64,000 nt of DNA from an uncultured Candidatus Binatia bacterium (lineage in GTDB: Bacteria; Desulfobacterota; Binatia; UBA9968; CAXXLF01), in the NCBI GenBank assembly GCA_965218425.1, contig OZ244621.1, positions 2,848,001 through 2,912,000 of the forward strand. The letters are read 5' to 3'. The translations under genes and the position numbers were made by a program. This document shows positions 52,279 to 63,089 of this stretch, one piece after another. The notes below the pieces were generated by a model, which saw only the letters and a program-made list of their open reading frames with translations, was not told where the DNA came from and searched no databases. The stretch's first letter is position 1. Every line of letters begins with the position of its first letter.

Positions 52279-53319
52279 ATGAAACGGAAACGACGGTCCT
52301 TTTGGTTGTCCGTTAGTTGGTTGGCGCTTGCGTTGCTTTTCATGACCGTATGGCATGGGCTAGCTCCCGCGAGTGAAAGTTTCTACAAAGGGAAAACGAT
52401 CACTGCCCTTGTGGGTTATTCCCCCGGTAGTGTAATCGATCTGTTTGCGCGGGTAGTTGCGCGTCACATCTCTAGGTATATCCCTGGTGAGCCGAGCGTC
52501 ATAGTGCAAAACATGCCGGGAGCGGCGAGTCTGGTCGCTGCCAATTTTCTTTATAACAGATCAAAACCCGATGGCCTTACCTATGTCGTTTTAGGTACAA
52601 ACATACCCATAAGGCCTTTGGTTGACCCTCAGGGGATAGCTTACGACCCAACGAAGTTTACCCCCATAGGTAGTGTTTCCAAGGCCCGGCAGATTTTAAT
52701 CATTCGGAAAGATCGACCGTGGAAAACAATAGACGATCTGAAAAAGACGAAAAAACCGGCTCACTTCGGAGCTTCTGGAGTTGGGAGCGGACCCTATGTA
52801 ATTCCCAGGCTAACCGCGGAGGTGCTGGGTCTGAACATCAAGATGGTCGCCGGGTACAGTGGAGGTGCTGCTGTCGATATGGCACTGGAGTCTGGCGAGG
52901 TAGATGGACGATCTACTACGGTGGAGCTCTTATTGTCCCGGAGCCGCCGGTTCCTCGATGACGATTTAATCATTCCTCTCGTTATGGTGGCGCAGGAGAG
53001 GCATAGCACTTTCCCTGACGTTCCCACGCTCTACGAGCTTGCGCCTGAGAAGAAGGAGCTTCTCGATCTAGTCCTGGGCCCCAGCCTGTTTTTCTTTGGT
53101 TTCCACACCCTTCCTCCGGCAGTACCGGACGATCGGGTGAAGACGTTGAGGACGGCCTTCCGATCACTCTTTCAGGATCAGAAGTTCACTAAAGAAGTAA
53201 CAAAGTTTGCGATTGTGGCCCCTACTTTCGGGGAGGAGCTCGAAGCGATAATCAAAAAGATCGCCGCAATCCCGCCAGATCAGCAGAAACGGCTTAGAAG
53301 GATTTGGGGTAAAAAATAA
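52279..53319 (+). CDS. Bug/TctC tripartite tricarboxylate transporter substrate-binding protein
   Basis: Signal peptide, FYKGKTI, VQNMPGAAS, KPDGLT, GYSGG, GEVDG, PDVPT. Confidence 0.88.
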   Translation: MKRKRRSFWLSVSWLALALLFMTVWHGLAPASESFYKGKTITALVGYSPGSVIDLFARVVARHISRYIPGEPSVIVQNMPGAASLVAANFLYNRSKPDGLTYVVLGTNIPIRPLVDPQGIAYDPTKFTPIGSVSKARQILIIRKDRPWKTIDDLKKTKKPAHFGASGVGSGPYVIPRLTAEVLGLNIKMVAGYSGGAAVDMALESGEVDGRSTTVELLLSRSRRFLDDDLIIPLVMVAQERHSTFPDVPTLYELAPEKKELLDLVLGPSLFFFGFHTLPPAVPDDRVKTLRTAFRSLFQDQKFTKEVTKFAIVAPTFGEELEAIIKKIAAIPPDQQKRLRRIWGKK

Positions 53320-53416
53320 TGGGCCGAAAAATCTGTGAGGCGAGCCGTTGTTGAAAGGTCGTCAGGGCCGAGAGGTTGCTTTGATTTGGTGTTGATTTAC
53401 GACTAGGAGGTGAACC

Positions 53417-54796
53417 ATGGCATTTGATTCCTTGCGCGAGTTTGTTTCGTCTCTCGAACGAATGGGAGAGCTTAAACGTATCAAGGCGGAAGTAGATCCG
53501 GTCCACGAACTGGGGGGCATCTCCTATGTGTCGTTACTCCGAAAAGAACCTGCGCTCATGTTTGAAAACATCAAAGGGCACAAAACCCCTGTGCTGACGA
53601 ATGTCCTGTCCACGGACAAAAAGGTTGCCGTCGCTTTGGGAGTGGAAGGCGACATGAAGGAAGTGTTCAAGAAATTCCTTTCCGGTTTCAATGAAACGGT
53701 TCAGCCCGTGGAGGTCAAGGGGGGGCCATGTAAGGAGATCGTTCACAAGGGAGACGAGGTCAATCTTGAGGAGTTCCCCACGCCGGTCTGGCACGAGAAG
53801 GACATTGGACCCTATATCGGAACCTTCCATGGTTGCATCTCGAAAGATCACGAGACCGGCGATCTCAACATGGGTATGTATCGGCTGTTGATAAAGGATA
53901 AAGATACACTTTACATGTCCATGCATAGGGATGGAATGAAACATTTTCGCGGTTGGGAAGCCCACAATAAGAATATGCCGATGTCCATCGCCATCGGCAT
54001 GGAACCTACTCTCTGCATCGCGTCCATGAACCCCATAAGCTCCGGCCTGGCCCGGCACGCCGAGTTTGCTTTTGCCGGAGGGCTCAGACAGAAACCCGTA
54101 GAGCTGACCCAATGTGAGACCATCGACATGCCTGTCCCCGCCCATTCAGAGATTGTGATTGAAGGCGAAGTGCAGGCGGGAGTCCGGGTGTTGGAGGGCC
54201 CCCATGGGGAGTCCCACGGCTTCTACGGGACCGAAGAGGAAGGATGCGTCATCAAGGTGAAGTGCATCACCCATCGGAAAGACCCCATCGCACAGGGGCT
54301 CATTTGCAACTACATGGAGGATGGTGGAAAGCGAATCACCCGCTCTGCAGTTCTCTGGGGTAAATTGAAGAGTCTAGGTACGCCCGGCGTGGTGGACGTG
54401 AGGTTCCCGGATCCCGGCTGCGGTAGGGAGATATGTATCGTCGCCGCCGATGTCACCGAACCGGGCCATGCCAATCAAATTATCGATACGGTTTGGGGCG
54501 TCAGCACCATCATTCCGAATTGGGTTATCGTCGTGGATGCGGACGCGGACCTGGACGATTGGAACGATATCTGGTGGAGGTTGTACACCATGGCGCTGCC
54601 CCACAGGGATATCTGGATCACGCCTCCGCGCCAGAAGGGCGGCCACCAGCCCATGGTCAAGCAGGGCTTTACCTCACGGATCGGCATCGACGCCACGTCA
54701 AAGTTCAAAGAAGTTGAATTTCCGGAAAAGAATATAGTGAGCCGGGAGCTGACCCAGAAGGTCCTGAAGCGATGGAAAGAGTTGGGGCTTGAATAA
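53417..54796 (+). CDS. UbiD-family (prFMN-dependent) decarboxylase
   Basis: NMGMYR, EIVIEG, EGPHGE, VVDAD, RIGIDAT. Confidence 0.9.
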   Translation: MAFDSLREFVSSLERMGELKRIKAEVDPVHELGGISYVSLLRKEPALMFENIKGHKTPVLTNVLSTDKKVAVALGVEGDMKEVFKKFLSGFNETVQPVEVKGGPCKEIVHKGDEVNLEEFPTPVWHEKDIGPYIGTFHGCISKDHETGDLNMGMYRLLIKDKDTLYMSMHRDGMKHFRGWEAHNKNMPMSIAIGMEPTLCIASMNPISSGLARHAEFAFAGGLRQKPVELTQCETIDMPVPAHSEIVIEGEVQAGVRVLEGPHGESHGFYGTEEEGCVIKVKCITHRKDPIAQGLICNYMEDGGKRITRSAVLWGKLKSLGTPGVVDVRFPDPGCGREICIVAADVTEPGHANQIIDTVWGVSTIIPNWVIVVDADADLDDWNDIWWRLYTMALPHRDIWITPPRQKGGHQPMVKQGFTSRIGIDATSKFKEVEFPEKNIVSRELTQKVLKRWKELGLE

Positions 54797-54837
54797 GTTA
54801 TTGATTAACAACAGGCCGATGAATAGAGTCTAATCGT

Positions 54838-57078
54838 ATGGCTAAGGTTGTTGGATCGTCTTTACCCCGGGTGGAAGGTTATTCCAAAGTCACCGGCAGC
54901 TGTCTCTACGCCGCCGATTTCCAGCGTCCGGGAACCCTGTGGGGTAAAGTGCTCCACAGTCCGCTTCCCCACGCGCGGATTCTCAATGTGGATACCAGCA
55001 AAGCCCTAAGCCTTCCAGGGGTCAAAGGTGTCATTACTGCTAATGATATTTCGCCTCGATTGGTGGGGGCCACCCTAAAAGATATGCCGATCCTTGCAAA
55101 GGACCGGGTGCGTTTTGTGGGTGAGGAGATTGCAGCGGTGGCTGCGGTGGATAAGGATGTGGCGGAAGAGGCCCTAGGGCTCGTTGAAGTGGATTATGAG
55201 GAGTTGCCGACGGTTTTTGATCCCCTCGATGCCATCAAACCACAAGCCCCACTCCTGCACTCGGATTATGTTTCCTATGAGGGGCCTCACACCAAAGTTC
55301 CCCATATGCACAACGTCCAGACCCTGGTTCGTGGCGGTAAAGGAGATATGGAGCTGGGTCTTCGCGAGTCCGACCGGGTCTTCGAGAATACCTTTCGTGT
55401 TCAGATGGTGCACCAGAGCTACATTGAGCCTTATGCCTGCACTGTGGAGGTGGATGCCGAAGGTCGAGTGGCGGTCTGGGTTTGCAATCAGGCGTTCTTC
55501 AAACTGCGCAAAGTCCTGGCCCAATATCTGGGCATCGAAGAAAAGACGATTACAATCTTTCCCAGTAACATGGGAGGCTCCTTTGGCGCCAAAGACTTTC
55601 TCACCCATGTGCCGGCGGCCTATTATCTTTCCCGTATCACGGAGAAGCCCGTTAAGTTTGTGAAAAGTTACGCCGAGGAGCTTACGGCCAGCTGTCCCCG
55701 CCATCCGGCGGTAGTGAAACTTCGTACCGGCGTAAAAAAAGACGGAACCCTGTGGGCGTGGGAAGGCAAGACCTATTACAATGGCGGTGCCTATGGGGCG
55801 TTTAAGCCCAATCCCGTGGCATCCATGAGCGGCGCCTTTATGGTGGCAGGGTCCTATCGTATCCCCCATACGCGGCTAGAGGGCTACTGTGTTTATACGA
55901 ATCAGGTGCCTTGCGGTTATTTTCGTGCCCCGGGGGAGACCCAGACCCTGTTCGCGGTGGAAAGTCATATGGATATCATGGCAGAGGCGTTGGGGTTGGA
56001 TCCATTGGAATTTCGGCAGCGGAATGCACTCAGGGAAGGAGACACGAGGGCCACGGGCGAACCTCTGAGGGATCCCCATGCCGTGGACGTTCTGCGCAGA
56101 GTCAAACAGCTCTCGAAATGGAAACCGTCAAGAAGAGCGGTGAAAAGAAACGGCCATCTTCTGGGCCGGGGCATCTCCCTTGGTGACCGCCACGTGGGTC
56201 ATGGGGAGTCGAGTTTTGAATTGTATCTGGAAAAGGATGGGCGCCTTCGATCGGTGAGCGGGGTCGGCGACAACGGCGTGGGGGCCTATACCATGCACCG
56301 CCAGGTGGTTTCCGAAACACTCCAGGTGGATCCGAATCTCGTCCAAATCGAAGTGAGGGATACGTCCTCGGCTCCTTACGATCAGGGTATTATGGGGGCC
56401 CGGGGCACCCATATTGAAGGAATCGCCATTCAACAAGCGGCAAACTCCCTAATTGATAAATTATGTGAGCTTGCGGCGGCGTCCTGGGATGTGAGTCGCC
56501 AGGAGGTCGCCTGGTCTGAAGGTCGTGTGGTCCATAAACGCGATCGTAAGAAGAGATTGGCATTGAATGGTCTTGCCAGGATCCAAGAAGAACCCACTCG
56601 CGGCTTCGGTCATTACAGCGGACACAAGCCTGATGTCTATTCTTTTCAGTCGGTGGTGGCGGACGTGGAAGTTAGCGCAGAAACAGGCCAAGTTAAAGTG
56701 CAGCGTCTATACTTTGTTTACGATGCAGGTCGTATAATCAACCCCGTGATCCACCAGGGACAGATCGACGGTGGCGTCGTCCAGGGCTTGGGGTACGCCC
56801 TCTCGGAAGAGCTTCTGCTCGATGACGGCAGGGTTACCACGACGAGCATGGGCGATTATAAGATATTTACCATCCAGGACGTTCCATCGCTTACGACGTC
56901 TCTGGTCCAAGCCAAGGTGGGCCCGGGTCCCTTCGGTACAAAGTCCGTCGCTGAAGCCGGTATCAGCATCATTGCACCTGCAGTTGTTAATGCCGTGTAT
57001 AATGCCACGGGGGTGAGGATCCACGAGATTCCCATCACCGCGGAAAAGATACTCAGAGGTTTAGCCGAAAATAATTAG
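54838..57078 (+). CDS. xanthine dehydrogenase-family molybdopterin-binding large subunit
   Basis: KVTG, SPLPHARI, HQSYIEP, GGSFGAK, FRAPG, GQIDGG, GPFGTKSVAE. Confidence 0.92.
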   Translation: MAKVVGSSLPRVEGYSKVTGSCLYAADFQRPGTLWGKVLHSPLPHARILNVDTSKALSLPGVKGVITANDISPRLVGATLKDMPILAKDRVRFVGEEIAAVAAVDKDVAEEALGLVEVDYEELPTVFDPLDAIKPQAPLLHSDYVSYEGPHTKVPHMHNVQTLVRGGKGDMELGLRESDRVFENTFRVQMVHQSYIEPYACTVEVDAEGRVAVWVCNQAFFKLRKVLAQYLGIEEKTITIFPSNMGGSFGAKDFLTHVPAAYYLSRITEKPVKFVKSYAEELTASCPRHPAVVKLRTGVKKDGTLWAWEGKTYYNGGAYGAFKPNPVASMSGAFMVAGSYRIPHTRLEGYCVYTNQVPCGYFRAPGETQTLFAVESHMDIMAEALGLDPLEFRQRNALREGDTRATGEPLRDPHAVDVLRRVKQLSKWKPSRRAVKRNGHLLGRGISLGDRHVGHGESSFELYLEKDGRLRSVSGVGDNGVGAYTMHRQVVSETLQVDPNLVQIEVRDTSSAPYDQGIMGARGTHIEGIAIQQAANSLIDKLCELAAASWDVSRQEVAWSEGRVVHKRDRKKRLALNGLARIQEEPTRGFGHYSGHKPDVYSFQSVVADVEVSAETGQVKVQRLYFVYDAGRIINPVIHQGQIDGGVVQGLGYALSEELLLDDGRVTTTSMGDYKIFTIQDVPSLTTSLVQAKVGPGPFGTKSVAEAGISIIAPAVVNAVYNATGVRIHEIPITAEKILRGLAENN

Positions 57079-57177
57079 ATTTCTCGGTTGGATTTTGGAT
57101 TTGGATCACGAAATCGTGACAAAGATAACTCGCGTCCTTCGAGAGCCTTGGGACCCCGAGGGGAAGCGAGGGGCAAA

Positions 57178-57310
57178 GGCGCAGAGAATTAATTTTTTGT
57201 TTGTCGGGAGACGACGATTGGGCAAAAGGGATTTCCTCAGGATGTTCTGCGTCTCTGCGGTGAAGTGTCCGAATCCTTATCCGCGATAATCGGCGAAAAT
57301 CCGCGGTTAA
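57178..57310. repeat. possible REP-like intergenic palindromic element
   Basis: CGCAGAGA...TCTGCGTCTCTGCGGTGAA and ATCCGCG...AATCCGCGGTT motifs. Only one copy in the window. Confidence 0.3.
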
Positions 57311-57358
57311 GTTAGTCGAGAGTAACTGGTCTGAACATGCTATCGGTAAGACTCTAAT

Positions 57359-58798
57359 ATGCCGTTCACAAGCTTCAGAGAGTTCATCCAGCGGGTAGAT
57401 CAGGCCGGCGATTTGCTGAAAGTCGATGGCGCCGATAGGGAGGCGGATATCGGCGCCCTCACCGAACTCATCTCGGCAAGCTCAAAACATCCCATGCTTC
57501 TCTTCGACAAGATCAAGGGGTATCCCCAGGGATTTCGTGTGGCCGCGAAACCACTGGCTGGAGTTAAACGCATGGCAATGGCTCTGGAATTGGATCCGGA
57601 GTTAAGTCATGTGGACTTGGTCAAGGGTTGGAAAGAGCGGTTAAAGACCTTTCGACCGCTTCCCCCCAAAGAAGTCAAGGACGGCCCGGTACGGGAAAAT
57701 GTCTTTGGATCAGGGAAAATAGATCTCTCAAAGTTTCCCGCACCCAAATGGCATGATCTGGACGGTGGATTTTACATTGGCACGGGGAGTTGTGTCTTCC
57801 TTCACGACCCGGACGGTCAGTGGGTTAACATGGGGGTCTATCGCGTGGTGGTACACGATGAAGGGACTTTGGGGATTTTCATCAATCACATTCAACACGG
57901 CAGACAGATCCTGCAAAAGTACTGGGCGCAAGGAAAGAGCTGTCCTGTGGCATTGTCCTTCGGGCAGGATCCGGCGGTTTTTCTTGCGGCGGCCCAGAGA
58001 GAACCCTGGGGGGTGGAGGAACTGAGCGTGGCCGGATGGCTTAGGGGAGAGCCGGTGGAGTTTTTCAAGGGCGAGGTAACGGGACTGCCAATTCCTGCCA
58101 CGGCGGAAATCGTAGTGGAGGGTGAGATCCCGCCGTTCGACAAAGAATCGCGTTCGGAGGGACCCTTCGGTGAACGAACGGGATACTACGCCACGGGCTT
58201 GAGGAACGAACCGGTCATCAAGGTCAAGTCTCTCATGCATAGAAACGATCCCATCATTTTCGGCGAGCCTCCGCTGAGACCCGTGCCCGGCATGGATCAC
58301 TTCGGCATCCCGCTGCCTGCGGCCGGTGTTTGGTCCGCGTTGGAGTATGCCGGTGTTCAGGACGTCAAGGGGGTCTGGCAGCATGGACCCTTTGCCACGG
58401 TGATTGCCATCAAGCAGCGTTATGAGGGGCATGCCAGGCAGGCGGCTTCAATCGCCTTGGGGGTCAGGGCCACCCTCGCCATGTGTCGATTCGTTATCGT
58501 GGTTGATGAAGATATCGATCCCGCCAATCTGAGCGACGTCTTTTGGGCGGTGACCAGTCGATGTGATCCCGCCGTTCAGAGTGAGGTCCTAAAAGATTTT
58601 CCCACCAGCGATATCAATCCAAGGGTCCCTCCCGATGAAAGAGGGCAAGGTCGCTTTGTCTCATCCAGGATGATCATAGACGCCTGCAGACCGTTTCGAT
58701 GGCTGGACAAGTTCCCCGTCTCGAATGTTATGAGCGCCGAGAGAAAAAAAGAAATGACCAGGAAGTGGCAACCCATTCTCAAGAAACTTGAAAAGTAG
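57359..58798 (+). CDS. UbiD-family (prFMN-dependent) decarboxylase
   Basis: NMGVYR, EIVVEG, EGPFGE, VVDEDID, RMIIDAC. Confidence 0.92.
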   Translation: MPFTSFREFIQRVDQAGDLLKVDGADREADIGALTELISASSKHPMLLFDKIKGYPQGFRVAAKPLAGVKRMAMALELDPELSHVDLVKGWKERLKTFRPLPPKEVKDGPVRENVFGSGKIDLSKFPAPKWHDLDGGFYIGTGSCVFLHDPDGQWVNMGVYRVVVHDEGTLGIFINHIQHGRQILQKYWAQGKSCPVALSFGQDPAVFLAAAQREPWGVEELSVAGWLRGEPVEFFKGEVTGLPIPATAEIVVEGEIPPFDKESRSEGPFGERTGYYATGLRNEPVIKVKSLMHRNDPIIFGEPPLRPVPGMDHFGIPLPAAGVWSALEYAGVQDVKGVWQHGPFATVIAIKQRYEGHARQAASIALGVRATLAMCRFVIVVDEDIDPANLSDVFWAVTSRCDPAVQSEVLKDFPTSDINPRVPPDERGQGRFVSSRMIIDACRPFRWLDKFPVSNVMSAERKKEMTRKWQPILKKLEK

Positions 58799-58808
58799 TC
58801 GAGTCGTC

Positions 58809-59855
58809 ATGGCTGTTCTCAAACCTGAAAAACGGGACCAGATGTTCATGGAGTCGGTCCAATTTGCCAAACAGGAGGCGGAACAACGGCAAAAGGCCCC
58901 TGTTATTGTCAAGGCGGCTGAGATCGAGGCCCAGTTCAAAACCCATCCCCACGTCTATCTGGTGGATCCGCGTCTGGGTTTTCATAATCGGACCTTTCGG
59001 TTCTGGATCAACCGTATACCTGCCGGTGAAGAGGAGGGTATGGGGTGGAAAACCCTGGGTCACCGCCACACGGTGGAGGCGGTGATACACGTTCTCCAGG
59101 GAAATGGACACAGCATCATCGACGGGATTCGTTACGATTGGGAAGAAGGGGACTTTATCTCGGTTCCTATGTTTGCCTGGCATCGCCATCTCAATACCGG
59201 TGGCAAGGATTTCGTTTACGTAGCAGCCACAACAGGGCCCCTCTCGTTATCCTTGGGGCTGGCGGTCTATGAAGACGAGCGTTACCCGGAGTACTGGGTC
59301 TTTGGCGGTAAAGGGGAGCAGTCCATGCAGTCGCTGATCCCCGGAGCAGGCGAGGGAAACCGGATCCGCATGAAAACGGAATCCCACCGCCCTGCTAAAA
59401 ACGTTACCGATGGGCTCTACGAAGAACACCTGCTCTTTGCCAGCCGTGAAGAAAAGAAGCGGAAGACGGGCCGGGTATTGAAAAAAGGCCGGGACATTCA
59501 GTTCGAAATGACTCCCATGGGAAAGTTGGCCTACGTCATTGACCCAAAAACGAATTTTTTCATGCGGGTCCTGGGAACCTTAATGGCGGAGATCTCGCCG
59601 GGGAAGTGCTCCGGTGCACACCAGCATATATATGAGGAGGTCAATTACGTTCTGTCCGGGAGCGGTTACAGCATCATTGAAGACAAGCGTTACGATTGGG
59701 GTAAGGGGGACGTCCTCTGTCTACCGGTTTTCAGCTGGCATCAGCACTTCAATACTGGAGCAGATCCAGCCCGCTTCCTCGTACATCACAATCGTCCCCT
59801 CATGGAGAACCTTGGCTTTATGTACGTCCAGCAAGGCGAGGAGACAAATGAATAA
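58809..59855 (+). CDS. bicupin protein (gentisate 1,2-dioxygenase-like fold)
   Basis: GHRHTVE...WHRH and HQHIYEE...WHQH cupin pairs. Confidence 0.82.
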   Translation: MAVLKPEKRDQMFMESVQFAKQEAEQRQKAPVIVKAAEIEAQFKTHPHVYLVDPRLGFHNRTFRFWINRIPAGEEEGMGWKTLGHRHTVEAVIHVLQGNGHSIIDGIRYDWEEGDFISVPMFAWHRHLNTGGKDFVYVAATTGPLSLSLGLAVYEDERYPEYWVFGGKGEQSMQSLIPGAGEGNRIRMKTESHRPAKNVTDGLYEEHLLFASREEKKRKTGRVLKKGRDIQFEMTPMGKLAYVIDPKTNFFMRVLGTLMAEISPGKCSGAHQHIYEEVNYVLSGSGYSIIEDKRYDWGKGDVLCLPVFSWHQHFNTGADPARFLVHHNRPLMENLGFMYVQQGEETNE

Positions 59856-59897
59856 TCGGTTCGACCGATGTTTCACCAACCGTGACCGGAAATTGGC

Positions 59898-60740
59898 ATG
59901 GGTAACGAAATCTCAAACATGGAGCGCTTGAAGCAGCTCGTCGACCGCCCGGAGGAGGCCATTGACCTTGCCGAGGCGGCCCTGCTGATTGCCCAAGGTG
60001 AGTATCCCCAACTGGATATCGGCGCCTATCTTGAGAGACTCGACCACCTGGCCGGGAAGGTGCGCGCAAGGCTTTCGCCAGGCGCACCTCCAGAAAAGAT
60101 CGTTGCCGCCATGAACCAACGCTTGTTTGAGGAAGAAGGGTTCGCGGGCAACACCGGGCGATATTACGATCCTCGCAACAGCTTTCTTAACGATGTGCTG
60201 GACCGCAGGATAGGTATCCCCATTTCTCTTTCCATCGTGTATATGGAGGTGGGCCGACGCCTCGGGCTATCTCTCGAGGGCGTGTCATTCCCAGGTCATT
60301 TCCTGGTCAAGCTGGAGCTGGAAAACGGCGAAGTGGTACTGGACCCCTATTCCGGAGGTGCCAGCTTGAGCGAGCGAGAATTGGGTAAACGCTTGCGCCG
60401 GTTCCATGGCGACCTATCAGGAGTGTCCATCGATCGGTTTCTCACCGGTGCAAGTAAGAAAGAGATTTTGGTCCGCATGCTGCGTAATTTGAAGGCTATC
60501 TATTTGCATCGGGAAGATTTTGCGAGAGCACTATCAGAGGTCCAGCGAATACTCCTCATTATGCCCGATCTCGCGGAAGAGTTGCGTGACAGAGGGCTAT
60601 TATACGAACGTCTGGAATGTGCGCAATCGGCGCTTCAGGATTACCGACGGTATCTTGAGCTTGAACCGAACGCGCGCGACGTTCGGGTGATTCGTAGTCG
60701 CATCATCAATATCGAGAAGACGTCGACGGCCCTTCATTAG
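59898..60740 (+). CDS. SirB1-family transglutaminase-like / TPR protein
   Basis: YYDPRNS, RIGIPISL, FPGHFL, RMLRNLK, RDRG TPR tail. Confidence 0.88.
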   Translation: MGNEISNMERLKQLVDRPEEAIDLAEAALLIAQGEYPQLDIGAYLERLDHLAGKVRARLSPGAPPEKIVAAMNQRLFEEEGFAGNTGRYYDPRNSFLNDVLDRRIGIPISLSIVYMEVGRRLGLSLEGVSFPGHFLVKLELENGEVVLDPYSGGASLSERELGKRLRRFHGDLSGVSIDRFLTGASKKEILVRMLRNLKAIYLHREDFARALSEVQRILLIMPDLAEELRDRGLLYERLECAQSALQDYRRYLELEPNARDVRVIRSRIINIEKTSTALH

Positions 60741-60778
60741 CCCCGGTAACAATCCGGCCGAGGCACCTTTTTTCTTCG

Positions 60779-62533
60779 CTACCCTGTGTACTCCCGGTAC
60801 AAATCCTCGATTTTCTCCTTTACCCGACCGATTTTCTTGGCCAGTTCGTTCAACTGAGCCAGATTGTTGCGGTTCGCTTCGATAGCGAGTTGCTCGTTGT
60901 ATTTCTTCAACGTGTCTTCGCTTTTTATGATCTGGGCTTCGAGCTTTGCGATTCTGGCGTTTTCCCTGCGTTGCGCTTTTTCACGTTCTTTTCTCTCGTG
61001 GTAATTATTCCGCGACGTTGGCGTCTTGCGTGCGCCGCTGGTTTCGGCTTCGTCCTCCCATCCGATCTTTTCTAAAAACTCGTCATAGCTTGAATTGAAG
61101 ACATCGACTTTGCCGCGGTGAAAGACGATCAGTTTAGCGGCTAGGGCCCGAAGAATCCGTTCGTTATGGGTGACAATCAACAAGGCCCCGGGAAAGTCTT
61201 GCAGGCTCTCAATCAATGCCTCGATGGATTCCATGTCAAGGTGGTTGTTGGGTTCGTCCAATAAAAGCAGGTTTGAAGGATGAGCGAGGATCTTGGCCAA
61301 GAGAGTTCGACTTCTTTCGCCGCCGGACAACACGGACACTTTCTTTAAGGCCAAATCGCCGCCGAACATCATCGTGCCGCATAGGTTTCGAACCTGCGTA
61401 CGTGTCAATGCAGGATTGGTTCTCTCGATTTCTTGTTCGATGGTTAACTCTGGATTGAGCCTTTGAATATTGGTTTGGCCGAAGTATCCCAGTTTCACGC
61501 CCGAATGAGTCTTGATCTCGCCCTCAAGCGGTTTGAGTCCGCCGGACAGGACGTTTAACAAAGTCGATTTGCCTTTACCGTTTTTGCCGATCACCCCGAA
61601 TCGGTCGTGTGCGTTGATGGTTAGATTCATGTGCCGAAACAAAACATCGTCGGAGGTGTAGCCAAATGAAATATTACGCGCATCCAGTAGTGTTTTGGCC
61701 GCAAAGGCAGCGTGCCTAAACTCAAAATTCAAAGACTCAATATCCGCGAGCCCATCGAGTTTGAGGATTTTCTCCAGTATTTTGATGCGTGACTGAACCA
61801 TTTTGGCTTTTGAAGCCTGGGCTCTAAACCGATTGATAAAGGCTTCAGCGTGGGCCCGTTTTTTCTCTTCGTGGGCGCGGGTCTTTTCGTGTATCTCGTC
61901 TTCGAGGACGATTTGAGCATAGGCCTGGGCGGTGCCGCCTTCGAATTTGCGGATTTTCTGGCGATGGATAACCGCGGTGTGCGTGGTGACGCTGTCCATA
62001 AAGTCACGATCATGGGAGATCAAAATAAGCTCGCCTTTAAAATTGACCAGAAACCTTGCGATCCAACGAACCGATGTGATGTCGAGGTAGTTTGTCGGTT
62101 CATCAAGCAAGAGCAGATTGGGGTCGGAGAGTAGAAGCTTTGCAAGGTTAATGCGAATTTGAAAGCCGCCGGAAAACTCATGAGGCGCCCTTTCAAGATC
62201 GGCGTGGGAAAATCCCAGACCGAATAAGATGGCTTCAGCCTTATAAATGAAGTGGGATTCTTCTTCCGGCAGTCCTCGAGCCGCTTCCTCCAAAATCGTG
62301 GGCCGGGTAAAGTGTAAGTGCTGCTCGAGATGGCCGATGCGATAGTTCCGCGGGATGGTGATCTCGCCGGAGTCGGGCTCTTCTTGTCTCAGAATGAGTT
62401 TAAATAGGGTGGATTTGCCGTGGCCGTTGCGTCCTACGAGGCCCAGGCGATCACCCGCATTCATCTGTAGCGTGACGTCGGCGAAAAGCTCACGGGCAAA
62501 ATAGGACTTGGAAAGTTGTTTGATCTTAATCAC
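60779..62533 (-). CDS. ABC-F family ATP-binding protein
   Basis: Two ABC cassettes (GRNGHGKST...FSGG...LDEPT; GKNGKGKST...LSGGE...LDEPN), no TM segments, coiled-coil tail. Confidence 0.92.
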   Translation of the reverse strand: MIKIKQLSKSYFARELFADVTLQMNAGDRLGLVGRNGHGKSTLFKLILRQEEPDSGEITIPRNYRIGHLEQHLHFTRPTILEEAARGLPEEESHFIYKAEAILFGLGFSHADLERAPHEFSGGFQIRINLAKLLLSDPNLLLLDEPTNYLDITSVRWIARFLVNFKGELILISHDRDFMDSVTTHTAVIHRQKIRKFEGGTAQAYAQIVLEDEIHEKTRAHEEKKRAHAEAFINRFRAQASKAKMVQSRIKILEKILKLDGLADIESLNFEFRHAAFAAKTLLDARNISFGYTSDDVLFRHMNLTINAHDRFGVIGKNGKGKSTLLNVLSGGLKPLEGEIKTHSGVKLGYFGQTNIQRLNPELTIEQEIERTNPALTRTQVRNLCGTMMFGGDLALKKVSVLSGGERSRTLLAKILAHPSNLLLLDEPNNHLDMESIEALIESLQDFPGALLIVTHNERILRALAAKLIVFHRGKVDVFNSSYDEFLEKIGWEDEAETSGARKTPTSRNNYHERKEREKAQRRENARIAKLEAQIIKSEDTLKKYNEQLAIEANRNNLAQLNELAKKIGRVKEKIEDLYREYTG

Positions 62534-63089
62534 GACAGGTTGGTCCGCTAGAAGATCGAGTCACGTTAATCAAGTGCGCGGTTCGGAAAATCAATTATTG
62601 TTGTTTAGATCGAGCGCGGTGCCAGAAGGACAAATGAGCGTCTAACCACTGATAGTGGTTAACCTCATAGTCTTCATCGAACGGGGATTTATCATGGCCC
62701 GGGCGCGCACGCTGGCAATCACAATCAGAGTGCGATTTTATCATTCTTTTGACAGAATTTCGACTCGCGGCATAGCCATCGAGGATTTGGCATGAGTGGC
62801 CGCTCTGCCCATTGACGTCCCGGGGCAACAAACGCAAAGCCGTTGAATCGCATCCCTGAACGATTGACAACCCTTTCCCCTGTGATATTGGTCTCTAAGT
62901 TTCAAACCCATTGAGTCCTGAGGGTTTGTCTGGACCGAGGTAAGGGGGAGATGTTATATCCATCAAGAGCTGCGGCTAGCTAATCAGCAAACACTAACTC
63001 GGCCGCTAACTAACTGGCAACTGAGATGTCGGGTGACGATTTATGTTCCCCTTGACATGATCTCTGGTGAGAGATAGAGGCATGAACTG

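Noticed and set aside
62860..63085. Possible ncRNA or promoter upstream of the amidohydrolase (TTGACA at 62864; CAAACCC/GGGTTTG hairpin)
   Set aside because: Poor -10 spacing and a single hairpin are not enough support.
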